DNA of 64,000 nt. Source: Candidatus Uhrbacteria bacterium CG10_big_fil_rev_8_21_14_0_10_50_16. GTDB taxonomy: Bacteria > Patescibacteriota > Patescibacteriia > UBA9934 > UBA11717. This document shows, in pieces, positions 20,096 to 29,065 of the stretch; position 1 is the first letter of the stretch; every line of letters begins with the position of its first letter. The DNA lies in NCBI GenBank assembly GCA_002774875.1, contig PCYM01000010.1, positions 8,645-72,644 of the forward strand. Direction: 5' to 3'. Made by a program: the position numbers and the translations under genes. Below the pieces are notes generated by a model, which made no database searches, was not told where the DNA came from, and saw nothing but the letters and a program-made list of their open reading frames with translations.

Positions 20096-21292
20096 ATGTT
20101 TAAAAAACACAAAATAATAACAGACCCCGACAAGATTCACGAAGTGCTTTCGCGCGGCGTGGATTCTGTTTACCCAGACGCCGATTGGCTTAAGAAGCAA
20201 CTTATGAGCGGTAAGCGTTTGCGTTTGTATTTGGGGTGGGATCCAACGACGACGGACGTGCATATTGGTCACACGGTGCAACTGTGGAAGATGCGCGAGT
20301 TTCAACGATTGGGGCACGAGGTGATTTTGCTCATGGGAACGTTTACGGCAACGCTTGGCGATCCAACAGGTAAGGCAGACGCGCGCAAGGCACTTACGCT
20401 CGAGGAGACAAAACGTAACGCAAAAGGCTTTGCCCAAAAGACAAAAGCCATTTTTGATTTCCCGGAGAATCCCATCACCATCAAATACAACCACGAGTGG
20501 CTGGCCAAGATGGATCTCTCCGATGTGATCAAATTATCATCCAACTTCACCGTTCAACAGATGTTGGAGCGGGATATGTTTGAGAAGCGGATGAAGGAAG
20601 GACTGCCAATCGGACTCCATGAATTTTTGTATCCACTGATGCAAGGGTATGACTCGGTGGCAATGGATGTGGATTTGGAGGTAGGCGGAACGGATCAAAC
20701 ATTCAATATGTTGGCAGGACGTACCTTGCAAAAACGCCTCAACGCCAAAGAGAAAGGTGTGCTCACACGTCCGTTGTTGGCAGATGCATCTGGTCGCAAG
20801 ATCGGAAAATCAGAAGGTAACGCAATCAATATTGATCTGGCTCCCGAGGATTTGTTTGGTAAGGTGATGACGTTACCGGACGATGTCATCTGGCCAACGT
20901 TTACCATGTGCACGGATGTGGAACTCGCACGTATCAATGAAATCAAACGCGAGTTAGCAGACGATCCGCGTGCAGCCAAGGCACAGCTTGCGTGGGAGTT
21001 GGTGCGGATTTACAACGATGCGGAGGCGGCAGACAGAGCGCGCGCGCATTTTACAAGTGTGTTTACCAACAAAGCGATTCCAGAGGAGATGCCATCGTTT
21101 ACATTGCGTGAGGGGATGACGTATGTGGATGTGTTGGAGGAGGCAAAGATCTGTCCATCTAAGTCTGACGCACGACGTCAGATTACGCAACGTGCAGTTA
21201 AGTTAGATGGTCAACTCGTGTTTGATGCGGACGCCATCGCACGCGTGGGAGTGTTACAAAAAGGGAAGCGTCATTTTGTTCGTCTCGTCTAA
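20096..21292 (+). CDS. tyrS: Tyrosine--tRNA ligase
   Basis: YLGWDPT, HIGH, YPLMQGYD, GGTDQTFN, KIGKS, C-terminal S4 domain. Confidence 0.97.
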   Translation: MFKKHKIITDPDKIHEVLSRGVDSVYPDADWLKKQLMSGKRLRLYLGWDPTTTDVHIGHTVQLWKMREFQRLGHEVILLMGTFTATLGDPTGKADARKALTLEETKRNAKGFAQKTKAIFDFPENPITIKYNHEWLAKMDLSDVIKLSSNFTVQQMLERDMFEKRMKEGLPIGLHEFLYPLMQGYDSVAMDVDLEVGGTDQTFNMLAGRTLQKRLNAKEKGVLTRPLLADASGRKIGKSEGNAINIDLAPEDLFGKVMTLPDDVIWPTFTMCTDVELARINEIKRELADDPRAAKAQLAWELVRIYNDAEAADRARAHFTSVFTNKAIPEEMPSFTLREGMTYVDVLEEAKICPSKSDARRQITQRAVKLDGQLVFDADAIARVGVLQKGKRHFVRLV

Positions 21293-21293
21293 T

Positions 21294-23012
21294 ATGTCTG
21301 ATCAATCGTACACATATATTGCCGCGCGTTTGGAGGTGCTTAAGGCTCTCAAGGGCGCCATCGGCAAAACGTACACACCAACGTTTGAAGAATTAGAACT
21401 CCCACCTCAGCGCACGCTGGGTGATGTTGCGTTTCCGTGTTTTAGCCTTGCGCAAGGGCTAAAGCGTAACCCATCGGAGATTGCCACGGAGCTTGCCGCA
21501 AAGATTGGATCCAAGGGCGTGATTCAAAAGGTGGAGGCGCGCGGGCCCTACGTCAACTTTACGTTCGACATGGCCAAGTACGGCGACCAGGTTGTGCAAC
21601 AAGTTTTGAGGATGAAGGAAAACTACGGCACATGGACCATTGGGCACGGACGTCGCGTGATGATTGAGTATGCTAACTTTAACACGCATAAGGAGGTGCA
21701 CATTGGGCATATTCGTAACATGGTCGTGGGACATGTGGCGATTAATCTCCTGCGCGCAACGGGCCATGACGTGGTTGCCTGCAGCTATATCAACGACCTT
21801 GGTAACAACGTGGCTAAGTGTTTGTGGGCGATGCAAAAATTTCATGAGCATGAGGTTCCAGCCAAGGGCGATGAGATCAACTTTTTAGGACGTGTGTATA
21901 CGGAGGCTACGTATGCGGCGGAGGAAAACGAGGAGGCACGCGCAGAAATTTCCGAGATTCAACGTGAGTTGGAGGAGAAACGCGGAGACTGGACCAAGCT
22001 TTGGAAGACTACACGTCAGTGGTCGATCGATGCCATTTATGCGATTTTCAAGGAAATGGGGATTCCGATCGATGTGCAATATTACGAGAGTGATTTGTTA
22101 GAGGACACCAAACGTATTGTAAAACGGTTGCAGGCTGAGGGGATTGCGGTGGAGAGTCAGGGGGCAATTATTGTAGATTTGGAAGAGGAGGGGTTAGGCG
22201 CGAGTCTGCTTGTGAAGACCGATGGAACGCATTTGTACAACGCAAAAGATTTGGCGCTCGCCGAGCGAAAGTCTTCGGATTATGATTTGGACCGTAGCGC
22301 CATTGTGGTCGACAAACGTCAGTCGCTTGCTATGCAACAGTTGTTTGCCACGCTGAAGTTGATGGGACGTGATATCCCGTACGAGCACCTCTCGTATGAT
22401 TTTGTGACGCTGCCAGAGGGTGCGATGTCCTCACGTAAGGGAAACATTATTCGTTTTGAGGAGTTGCGTGATTTATTGCGCGACGCGGCGCTCAAAGAAA
22501 CTCGTGAGAGACACAATGAGTGGTCTGAGAAGCAGGTGCGCAACACGGCATCGGCTATTGGTTATGCCGCGATGATCTATGCAATGGCTAAGCAGGACCC
22601 AAACAAGGAGATTGTCTTTTCTATCGACGAGGCGGTCGCATTTGAAGGCGTGTCTGGTCCATACTTGCTCTACACGGCCTCACGTATTCAAAGTCTGATG
22701 AAAAAAGCGGGCGTGAAACCCGCGTTTGATGCGGCCGTGATTGATTCTCCTGAGGCTGAGGACGTGGTGGATCATTTGGCGCGTTTCCCGATTGTTTTGC
22801 GCGAAAGTGCAACGTATTTGGCGCTGGCGGATGTTCCGCAGTTTGCGTTTGATTTGGCTCAAAGCTTTTCTCGTTACTACGCATCGACGCGCATTTTGGA
22901 TCCAGAGAATAATGTATCCACAGCCGGTAGGCTTGCTCTTTGTGAGGCGGTCTTGATAACGTTGACCAATACGTTGGCGATTATGCACATAACGCCTGTA
23001 GATCACATGTAG
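21294..23012 (+). CDS. argS: Arginine--tRNA ligase
   Basis: GPYVNF, EY..N..K..HIGHIRN, MSSRKGN, GPYLLY. Confidence 0.96.
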   Translation: MSDQSYTYIAARLEVLKALKGAIGKTYTPTFEELELPPQRTLGDVAFPCFSLAQGLKRNPSEIATELAAKIGSKGVIQKVEARGPYVNFTFDMAKYGDQVVQQVLRMKENYGTWTIGHGRRVMIEYANFNTHKEVHIGHIRNMVVGHVAINLLRATGHDVVACSYINDLGNNVAKCLWAMQKFHEHEVPAKGDEINFLGRVYTEATYAAEENEEARAEISEIQRELEEKRGDWTKLWKTTRQWSIDAIYAIFKEMGIPIDVQYYESDLLEDTKRIVKRLQAEGIAVESQGAIIVDLEEEGLGASLLVKTDGTHLYNAKDLALAERKSSDYDLDRSAIVVDKRQSLAMQQLFATLKLMGRDIPYEHLSYDFVTLPEGAMSSRKGNIIRFEELRDLLRDAALKETRERHNEWSEKQVRNTASAIGYAAMIYAMAKQDPNKEIVFSIDEAVAFEGVSGPYLLYTASRIQSLMKKAGVKPAFDAAVIDSPEAEDVVDHLARFPIVLRESATYLALADVPQFAFDLAQSFSRYYASTRILDPENNVSTAGRLALCEAVLITLTNTLAIMHITPVDHM

Positions 23013-23040
23013 GTTGGAGGGGTATTTACACAAAACAATC

Positions 23041-23412
23041 ATGAATATGAAAGGAAAAAGCGTCGGAGGGGAAACGATTATTGCAGAAGGTGTAAAAGTA
23101 GAGGGAGATTTTACCAGTAATGGAGACGTGACAATCGAGGGAATGGTACACGGAAACGTTTCGGCATCTGGGAACGTGATTGTGGGCGTGACGGCGGTGA
23201 TTGACGCAGATCTCACAGCCAATAATTTGATGTTGTCAGGGAGAATTAAGGGAAATGTGCACGTGCAAGAAAAGGCAGAGCTAGCATCCTCTTCTGTGTT
23301 GGAAGGTGATTTAACAACGCATGTTCTAAGCGTGGCAGCGGGCGCAACGATCAACGGGAAAATCCTGATGCCAAACGGCGCGTCCGTGGCCGTTGAGGAA
23401 GACGGTGAATAA
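23041..23412 (+). CDS. Bactofilin (polymer-forming cytoskeletal protein)
   Basis: TIIAEGVKVEGDF, IEGMVHGNV, GATINGKI beta-helix repeats. Confidence 0.9.
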   Translation: MNMKGKSVGGETIIAEGVKVEGDFTSNGDVTIEGMVHGNVSASGNVIVGVTAVIDADLTANNLMLSGRIKGNVHVQEKAELASSSVLEGDLTTHVLSVAAGATINGKILMPNGASVAVEEDGE

Positions 23413-23417
23413 AGGGA

Positions 23418-24161
23418 ATGTATTGCTACATTTACGATGCAGAAGTGCAGGATCGAAAATACGAACGCGAATTGATCGCCATTGAACATCGTATTACGGA
23501 CCTGGGGTTGCAAGGAAAGATTGTTCGCCTTGCCTTGTTTAGAGACCCTGATGAGCAAATTCGCAAAGAGGTAGCGGCAGGTGCTAAAACTGTTGTGGTG
23601 ATTGGAAACGATCAAACGGTGCATCGCGTGCTAACGACGATTGTAGATGCAGGGGCGACGCTCGCCATTATTCCGGTAGGAGAACCAAATGTGCTCGCCA
23701 GAATTTTAGGAGTTCCAAAAGGTGTTCAAGCCTGTGATACGCTCTCTCAACGTATTATTGAGTCACTCGATGTCGGTAATATCAACGGTCAACGGTTTTT
23801 AACAGGTGTGCGATTTCCAAAAGCTATTACGCGAGTTCGATACGGAAAGGCCTATGATCTTGTGTCTAATAAGACAGGCCAATTAGAGATTTTAAATCTG
23901 TCTGTGGAGGCACCGTCTGGTGAGGCCGACATTGCCAATCCGATAGATGGAAAATTACAGGTGACGATTACAACACAAAAACGCAAAGGGTTTCGGTCTA
24001 TTCCGGCGGTTACGACCATCCCGTTTGAGGCATTTGAAGTGCTGTACGATACGTCTGTAAAAGCGGTGGCCGATGGGGTTGAGATAGAAGGGGATCGATT
24101 TAACGTCACTACGGAGCAAGGGGCATTGAACGTGGTTGTTTCTCGCGAGCGGATGTTTTAA
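23418..24161 (+). CDS. Diacylglycerol kinase catalytic-domain family protein
   Basis: VVVIGNDQT (GGDGT-like), LAIIPVGEPNVLARILGV, LDVG, ADG. Confidence 0.8.
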   Translation: MYCYIYDAEVQDRKYERELIAIEHRITDLGLQGKIVRLALFRDPDEQIRKEVAAGAKTVVVIGNDQTVHRVLTTIVDAGATLAIIPVGEPNVLARILGVPKGVQACDTLSQRIIESLDVGNINGQRFLTGVRFPKAITRVRYGKAYDLVSNKTGQLEILNLSVEAPSGEADIANPIDGKLQVTITTQKRKGFRSIPAVTTIPFEAFEVLYDTSVKAVADGVEIEGDRFNVTTEQGALNVVVSRERMF

Positions 24162-24194
24162 AAGATCTTGGCGGTCCAGGGTCTTTTTTTTGTT

Positions 24195-24368
24195 TCACCT
24201 TCAAACACATGTATTTTGAGAATTGTGCTCGGTGCATTGCTTTAAATGATCCGCAAGGAGTCGTCGACATACTGGTACATTGCCTAAACATGCGAGAGAT
24301 TGGGTCGACGCCCAACACGGATTATTTATAAGCAACACATCTCGCTCCTGTATTGTCTGAATCCTTCG
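24195..24368 (-). repeat. Modular structured repeat unit (conserved linkers plus unique long hairpin)
   Basis: Minus strand reads CGAAGGATTCAGACAATACAGGAGCGAG-[stem 24318-24339/24233-24253]-CCGAGC-TTCTCAAAATACATGTGTTTGAAGGTGA. Linkers match 28765-28835 and 35513-35566. Confidence 0.7.
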
Positions 24369-24450
24369 CTGACACGGTCTCTAACGTGGTATTCCATGCG
24401 AAGTGGGAATTTATCTACTCCTGTGGATAAAAGGGACAGGCACCTTTATC

Positions 24451-24740
24451 CGCAGGTCCTGTTCTCTCCAACGCGCACACCAACAAAAACCTCCCAGACA
24501 AGCTGAGAGTTTTTTGCTGGTGCGCGCTGGGGGATTCGCCTTCACCTCTCATGTTCTTCCGAAAATTCGGGTTCAGGTCCGGGCCTCGCCGTTGCGCTTC
24601 TCACCATTGTCAGCGCAACATGGCTCCGGCCGTTCGAATCCGTCGAACAGGACGCAGGTCCTGTTCTCTCCAACGCGCACACCAACAAAAACCTCCCAGA
24701 CAAGCTGAGAGTTTTTTGCTGGTGCGCGCTGGGGGATTCG
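24451..24740 (-). repeat. tRNA-Val 3'-associated element; perfect 88-bp direct repeat (24451-24538 = 24653-24740), period 202 bp
   Basis: Repeat includes the last 21 nt of the tRNA, a terminator-like hairpin and an antisense-to-tRNA arm. Confidence 0.9.
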
Positions 24741-24796
24741 AACCCTCGACCCCCTCGGTGTAAACGAGGTGCTCTAACCAACTGAGCTAAGCGCGC
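24720..24796 (-). tRNA. tRNA-Val(UAC)
   Basis: GCGCGCT...CCTCG-TTTACAC-CGAGG...TTCGAAT...AGCGCGC ACCA. Confidence 0.96.
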
Positions 24797-24847
24797 AAGT
24801 GAATTGCGGAGCAAACGTACCATACTCGGTTTGGCTGGTCAAGATCG

Positions 24848-24876
24848 TTGACAGGCAAGACAAGACCTGGCATACT
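24848..24876 (+). promoter_or_regulatory. Sigma70 promoter of tRNA-Leu
   Basis: TTGACA-17 bp-CATACT. Confidence 0.65.
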
Positions 24877-24886
24877 CTCATCGCCT

Positions 24887-24973
24887 GCGGACGTGGCGGA
24901 ATCGGTAGACGCGCCAGCTTGAGGGGCTGGTCTCTTTCGGGAGATGGAGGTTCAAGTCCTCTCGTCCGCACCA
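24887..24973 (+). tRNA. tRNA-Leu(GAG)
   Basis: GCGGACG...CCAGC-TTGAGGG-GCTGG, long variable arm, TTCAAGT, CCA. Confidence 0.95.
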
Positions 24974-25159
24974 AAAAAAAATCTCAGCTTGCTGGGATTT
25001 TTTTTATAAGGACGATGAGGACTTGGACCCAGGGGATGGTAAGGGGAAACCCTTCCCCTTACTTGGTGGGGGTGACTGAGCATAGCGAAGACAAGAGGGG
25101 CGGAAGCCCCTATTGAGAGGAGCAAGGCGACGACGTGAAATGTCCTCTCGTCCGCACCA
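24974..25159 (+). repeat. tRNA-Leu 3'-associated element ending in an 18-bp duplicate of the tRNA 3' end
   Basis: GTCCTCTCGTCCGCACCA at 24956-24973 and 25142-25159; antisense arm at 25010-25029; CCAGGGGATGGTAAGG shared with 63369-63384. Confidence 0.85.
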
Positions 25160-25269
25160 TCTTGTGTGATTCCTGACCGGATTCACAGGGGTTCAATGAA
25201 AACCGAGTCGTGTACTCGGTTTTTGTGTTCACGGATTTAAAGAGGAAATCGTGCTATACTCTCCGTACT

Positions 25270-25536
25270 ATGGCTTGGATATTACGCATTCTTTTGGGCG
25301 GCGCTGTGTCTGCATTGGGGTATTTTGCTATTTGGAAAGCGGAGGATGTTGTGGGATGGATTGGTGGTGAATCGTATTGGGCCGAGCAAAATTTTGGCGT
25401 GTGGGGTGGAACAAAGGGGCTGATTAAAATCGTCGGCATTGTGATTATGTTTGTAGGATTTGGGATTATGGTGCAGCTCCATACGGAAATCCTCTCATTT
25501 ATTACGGGTCTTGTGATTCCGGCAACACGAAAATAA
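25270..25536 (+). CDS. Small hypothetical membrane protein
   Basis: Two TM segments, WAEQNFG..GGT motif; TGCTATACT upstream. Confidence 0.75.
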   Translation: MAWILRILLGGAVSALGYFAIWKAEDVVGWIGGESYWAEQNFGVWGGTKGLIKIVGIVIMFVGFGIMVQLHTEILSFITGLVIPATRK

Positions 25537-25537
25537 T

Positions 25538-26092
25538 ATGCAGGGTGCAATGCAACAACGTTTCTATTCGCCAATGACCGTTGCGCGTGCCGGGAATATT
25601 CGATCCGGACACACGGTTGTTGATTTTCTGGCAGGGCATCAGGGAACCATGACCTTTCCGGCGGCCTCCCTTGCGGGGTCTCGGGGAATTGTTTATGCGG
25701 TTGATTTACGTCCAACAGCCCTGCAGGCTATTAAAGGACGCTGTGAATTGGGTCATGCGGGCAACATTGAGGTCGTGCATGGTCACCTGGAACGTGTGGG
25801 TGGCGTGCCTCTTACGGATCAGATTGCTGATACTGTTTTTTTGGTAGATGCCCTTTCTTTATTGGAAAATCGACTAGAAGTTGTACGAGAAGCCATTCGT
25901 CTGCTAAAATCCGGTGGCATTTTAATGGTGGTCGATTGGCACCCCTTTGGTGACGCACGTCAGGGGCCCGATGTAGGCCGCCGATTAAGTGAGCAGGAGG
26001 CACGATCACTATGCTTGGTAAACGCTCTCCAGTACGAAGGGACGTTTGACGCGGGCGATTATCATTATGGATTTACCTGTCGAAGAATCTAG
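25538..26092 (+). CDS. Class I SAM-dependent methyltransferase-like protein
   Basis: VVDFLAGHQG (motif I variant), VYAVD, RLLKSGG.LMVVDW, HYG. Confidence 0.8.
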   Translation: MQGAMQQRFYSPMTVARAGNIRSGHTVVDFLAGHQGTMTFPAASLAGSRGIVYAVDLRPTALQAIKGRCELGHAGNIEVVHGHLERVGGVPLTDQIADTVFLVDALSLLENRLEVVREAIRLLKSGGILMVVDWHPFGDARQGPDVGRRLSEQEARSLCLVNALQYEGTFDAGDYHYGFTCRRI

Positions 26093-26098
26093 AGAACT

Positions 26099-26503
26099 AT
26101 GGATGTCTACTCATTTGCTTGGTGGTTTGGAACAATACCTCTCTATAACGCAACAACGCTGCGTATCTACTTTATTGTTTTTCTTTCGTTAATTATTGTT
26201 GGATCGCTTGTGCGGATGGTGAGTAGGCGACAACTGCAAGATCGTTTTCAGGTGGAGATTGCTAAGAAGTTTGCATCGATGCTCGTGGTAATGGGAATCG
26301 TTGGTCTTTGGTATTGGTTTGTGGCAGGTCAGCAAATTCCTTTTCTTTCGGCACGGTTTTGGCTTCCGTTGATCGTGGTTGCAATACTCGTGTGGATTCT
26401 GGCGATTGTTCGCTATGTACGCAAAGACGTTCCGGCGGCACGCGCGCAGGTCCACAGTACAAAAGATGACAAAAAGTATTTTGAACCGAAGCATAAAAAA
26501 TGA
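26099..26503 (+). CDS. Hypothetical membrane protein
   Basis: Three TM segments, IPFLSARFW, C-terminal KKYFEP. Confidence 0.75.
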   Translation: MDVYSFAWWFGTIPLYNATTLRIYFIVFLSLIIVGSLVRMVSRRQLQDRFQVEIAKKFASMLVVMGIVGLWYWFVAGQQIPFLSARFWLPLIVVAILVWILAIVRYVRKDVPAARAQVHSTKDDKKYFEPKHKK

Positions 26504-26838
26504 GACGGGAGGTTGGACAACGAGGTGAATTAATGGCGGCACGGTATCTCAAAAAAATGGGGTACCGTGTTTTGCAAACCAACGTTCGTTTAGCGGGCTG
26601 TGAGATTGATATTGTGGCAAAACAGGGCAAGGAGATTGTGTTTGTAGAGGTAAAAACGCGGCAATCCAATGTGGCAGGGTACCCGGAGGATTCGGTGACG
26701 CCGCAAAAGGTGCATCATATTGAGAGGGCGGCGCTGGCGTGGTTGTTGGAGAATGGCGAGCAACCCTGGCGCGTGGATGTGATTGCAGTGACTATGGGGG
26801 GAGAAAGCGAGGAAATTAAGCATTTTGTAGGTATTTAG
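26500..26838 (+). CDS. yraN: YraN family (UPF0102) PD-(D/E)xK protein
   Basis: GQRGELMAARYL, EIDIVA, VFVEVKTR, RVDVIAV. Confidence 0.93.
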   Translation: MRREVGQRGELMAARYLKKMGYRVLQTNVRLAGCEIDIVAKQGKEIVFVEVKTRQSNVAGYPEDSVTPQKVHHIERAALAWLLENGEQPWRVDVIAVTMGGESEEIKHFVGI

Positions 26839-26904
26839 CAAATGCCGCAATGAGGGTTTTGCAATCAAGAGATTCCGCGCTCTAACAAGCATTTATCATC
26901 TAGT

Positions 26905-27060
26905 AATGTAGGAGCGAAGGGTTGTGTTTAGAAAAAGTGACAATCGGATAGAGACGTACAAGACTTACTCCTGACCAGCTGTCTTCTGAGTGCGAAGGCA
27001 CGAAGACGTGTCTCTACCTCCGAGTCACTTTTTTAAACATAACCCGAGCAACCCTTGACA
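26905..27060 (+). repeat. Structured repeat copy 1 (long hairpin, direct repeat of 28819-28977)
   Basis: Core GACAATCGGATAGAGACGTACAAG.CTTACTCCTG.C.AGCTGTCTTCTGAGTGCGAA.GCACG in both copies; arms 26919-26941 and 27024-27045 pair; ends at TTGACA. Confidence 0.85.
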
Positions 27061-27158
27061 TAAAAGCCTTATTCTGCTATATTTTGGCGTTGTTCTTTAC
27101 AAGAGATGACACGGGCGGGTGGTTCTTAGAGAGAACTGTTGCCCGGAGGAGAGAGATC

Positions 27159-27773
27159 ATGAAGGTGTTTTTGTTGGCGTTCCTACTGCTGCCCTCGATG
27201 GCGACGGCCGCCGAGGATTCTTCCACCTCGTCGACGGTCGAGATCACCACCCCGGGAAACCCCCGGGGCGTTCTGGCGGACGCCTCCGGGCCCGCCAAGC
27301 CTAGCCTGCCCGGCTCCACCGAGCCGACCCCCACGGCTCATTCCGCCCCTCCGGTGGTGATCGAGTTTCGCCAGGTCGACGATGGGTCGACCATCCAGGT
27401 CGTCGACGACGCGAGCGGAATGCTTGCGGCGGCCTACGACCGGATCGAACTTTTGGAGGGCGCCCTTGAGGCGCGTGACCAGCAGGTCGAGAGCCTGCGC
27501 GAGGAGCTCACCGCCGCTCGACTCTCCGACAAGGAGACCGGGAACACGGCGGTTCTGGGTCGCGAGATGCTCCTGGACAAGATCCGGGAGCTCACGGCAG
27601 CCCTCGCCGAGGCCCTCAAGACTTCGGAGGCCAAGGTCGCCGCCGCCCCCTCCACCGGGCTGACCCCCACGGTCGCCCCGGAGCCGGCTCCCACCCCCAA
27701 CACGAGCGCAGCGGAGGACATCCTCCGCCGCCTTGAGGAAGGAGATAGGAAGCTCAAGGCCGCAGGCCACTGA
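27159..27773 (+). CDS. GC-rich orphan exported protein with coiled coil and Pro/Thr-rich linkers
   Basis: Signal peptide MKVFLLAFLLLPSMATA; SD GGAGGAG; promoter TTGACA...TATATT. Confidence 0.7.
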   Translation: MKVFLLAFLLLPSMATAAEDSSTSSTVEITTPGNPRGVLADASGPAKPSLPGSTEPTPTAHSAPPVVIEFRQVDDGSTIQVVDDASGMLAAAYDRIELLEGALEARDQQVESLREELTAARLSDKETGNTAVLGREMLLDKIRELTAALAEALKTSEAKVAAAPSTGLTPTVAPEPAPTPNTSAAEDILRRLEEGDRKLKAAGH

Positions 27774-27929
27774 GCACGAGGGATGGGGAACTTATTCTCA
27801 CACGTCTAAGGACCACATCCCGCCTGTGTCATCTCTGTAAAACAACACAATCAACTCCTACGGGAGTTTTTTGTTTTAAAAAAAGAGACCGCTCACAGAG
27901 AGTGAACGGCGTATGGGAAGGGTGTGGAG

Positions 27930-28667
27930 TCAGCTGAGTTGTGGCACAAACCCCGTGGGAACGCCCAGGTAGGCGTGATGGACACTGCCATGCATCACCT
28001 GGATTTCCGGCGCTTGATTCCTTCCTAGAATCATGAGCGTGGCCGGTTGCGACTTCAGAAGAGAGTTGTCGTTCCCTCCACAGATCATTCCCAGATCACC
28101 AAGCCTTGGCAACTGCGTTGGATGCGCAAGGAGCATGGCACCCACGCAAATGATGTCCAGAGGAAACTCGTCGGGTGCGCAGACCATCTTTGCACGCTGC
28201 GCAGAAGCGCCGGCAAACCGCTTTCCAAATTGGGCGGGGATGACCCAAATGCCACCGGCCTGTTGCTCTGCGATGTGCGCGAGACACTCCGCCGTGCGGT
28301 AGCTAATGGCAACGTCCAGCAGGACCCGGTTCGTACGCTTGTACCCAAAGGCGCAGAGAGCGCCAACCACGCGTCGCATACCGCGTAGGTAGCGTTCGGG
28401 TGCGTTGCCACGCGGACCTCCTGTGAGTCCGGCCAGACTGGGCACTGCAAACCATCCTTCGGCGCCTTCCGGCAGGGGTGCGCGACAGGTGCGTTCTACG
28501 TTGCTCATGGCAGGCTCCGGGCTTATGCCCAGACGTTCTGACAGGAGTGTGATCTGCACTCGAATTGGCTGAGGACCCGTGTAGAGACGGGGGTACCCTG
28601 CTTGTGACTGCACTGTCTCAAACGCGTACTGACTATCCATTGGGCGACAGGTATTTGCCCACGACAT
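27930..28667 (-). CDS. Hypothetical protein
   Basis: SD AGGAGG; LPEGAEGWFAVP, PAQFG.RFAG.S, EFPL...GAMLLAHP, recalled as a pattern in CPR hypotheticals but not verified. Confidence 0.7.
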   Translation of the reverse strand: MSWANTCRPMDSQYAFETVQSQAGYPRLYTGPQPIRVQITLLSERLGISPEPAMSNVERTCRAPLPEGAEGWFAVPSLAGLTGGPRGNAPERYLRGMRRVVGALCAFGYKRTNRVLLDVAISYRTAECLAHIAEQQAGGIWVIPAQFGKRFAGASAQRAKMVCAPDEFPLDIICVGAMLLAHPTQLPRLGDLGMICGGNDNSLLKSQPATLMILGRNQAPEIQVMHGSVHHAYLGVPTGFVPQLS

Positions 28668-28738
28668 ACTGCCTCCTATTCTCCTACATGTGTAAGGGAA
28701 CAGCTTTAGCTTTTCACAATGGGGTACAGCCGTCAATG

Positions 28739-28977
28739 GTGTTTTGAAATACGAGTTTACGAGTATTCTCAAAACGACTGTGTTTAAAGATGAGTGTATT
28801 CGACGAAGGAGTCCAGGCAATGTAGGAAGCGAGGGATTGTGTTTACAGAAAGGGACAATCGGATAGAGACGTACAAGGCTTACTCCTGGCTAGCTGTCTT
28901 CTGAGTGCGAATGCACGCAGAGTGGCGTGGCCTGCCGAGTCACTTATTTTTGCACCACTCCGAGCGACCTCTTGACA
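28739..28977 (+). repeat. Composite structured repeat (28739-28817 homologous to reverse complement of 35513-35597; 28819-28977 homologous to 26905-27060)
   Basis: GTGTTTTGAAA..GAGT..TTCTCAAAACG..TGTGTTT.AAGATGAG....TTCG.CGAAG shared with the 35.5-kb copy. Confidence 0.8.
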
Positions 28978-29040
28978 ACACGAATGAATTCCCTTAGTAT
29001 AGCGATGTAGATGACTCGGCCGCGGCCGGGCTCATTTTTT
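28972..29040 (+). promoter_or_regulatory. nusA promoter with leader hairpin (possible attenuator)
   Basis: TTGACA...TAGTAT followed by ATGACTCGGCCGCGGCCGGGCTCATTTTTT. Confidence 0.5.
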
Positions 29041-29065
29041 AGACAATCTTAACCAAAACAATTTT

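Noticed and set aside
24451..24740. CRISPR array
   Set aside because: Only two 88-bp copies containing tRNA sequence, no 25-45-bp repeat/spacer periodicity, and no cas1.
24956..25159. Prophage or integrative island at tRNA att sites
   Set aside because: The duplications enclose only about 170-180 bp with no integrase, so they are reported as mini-elements instead.
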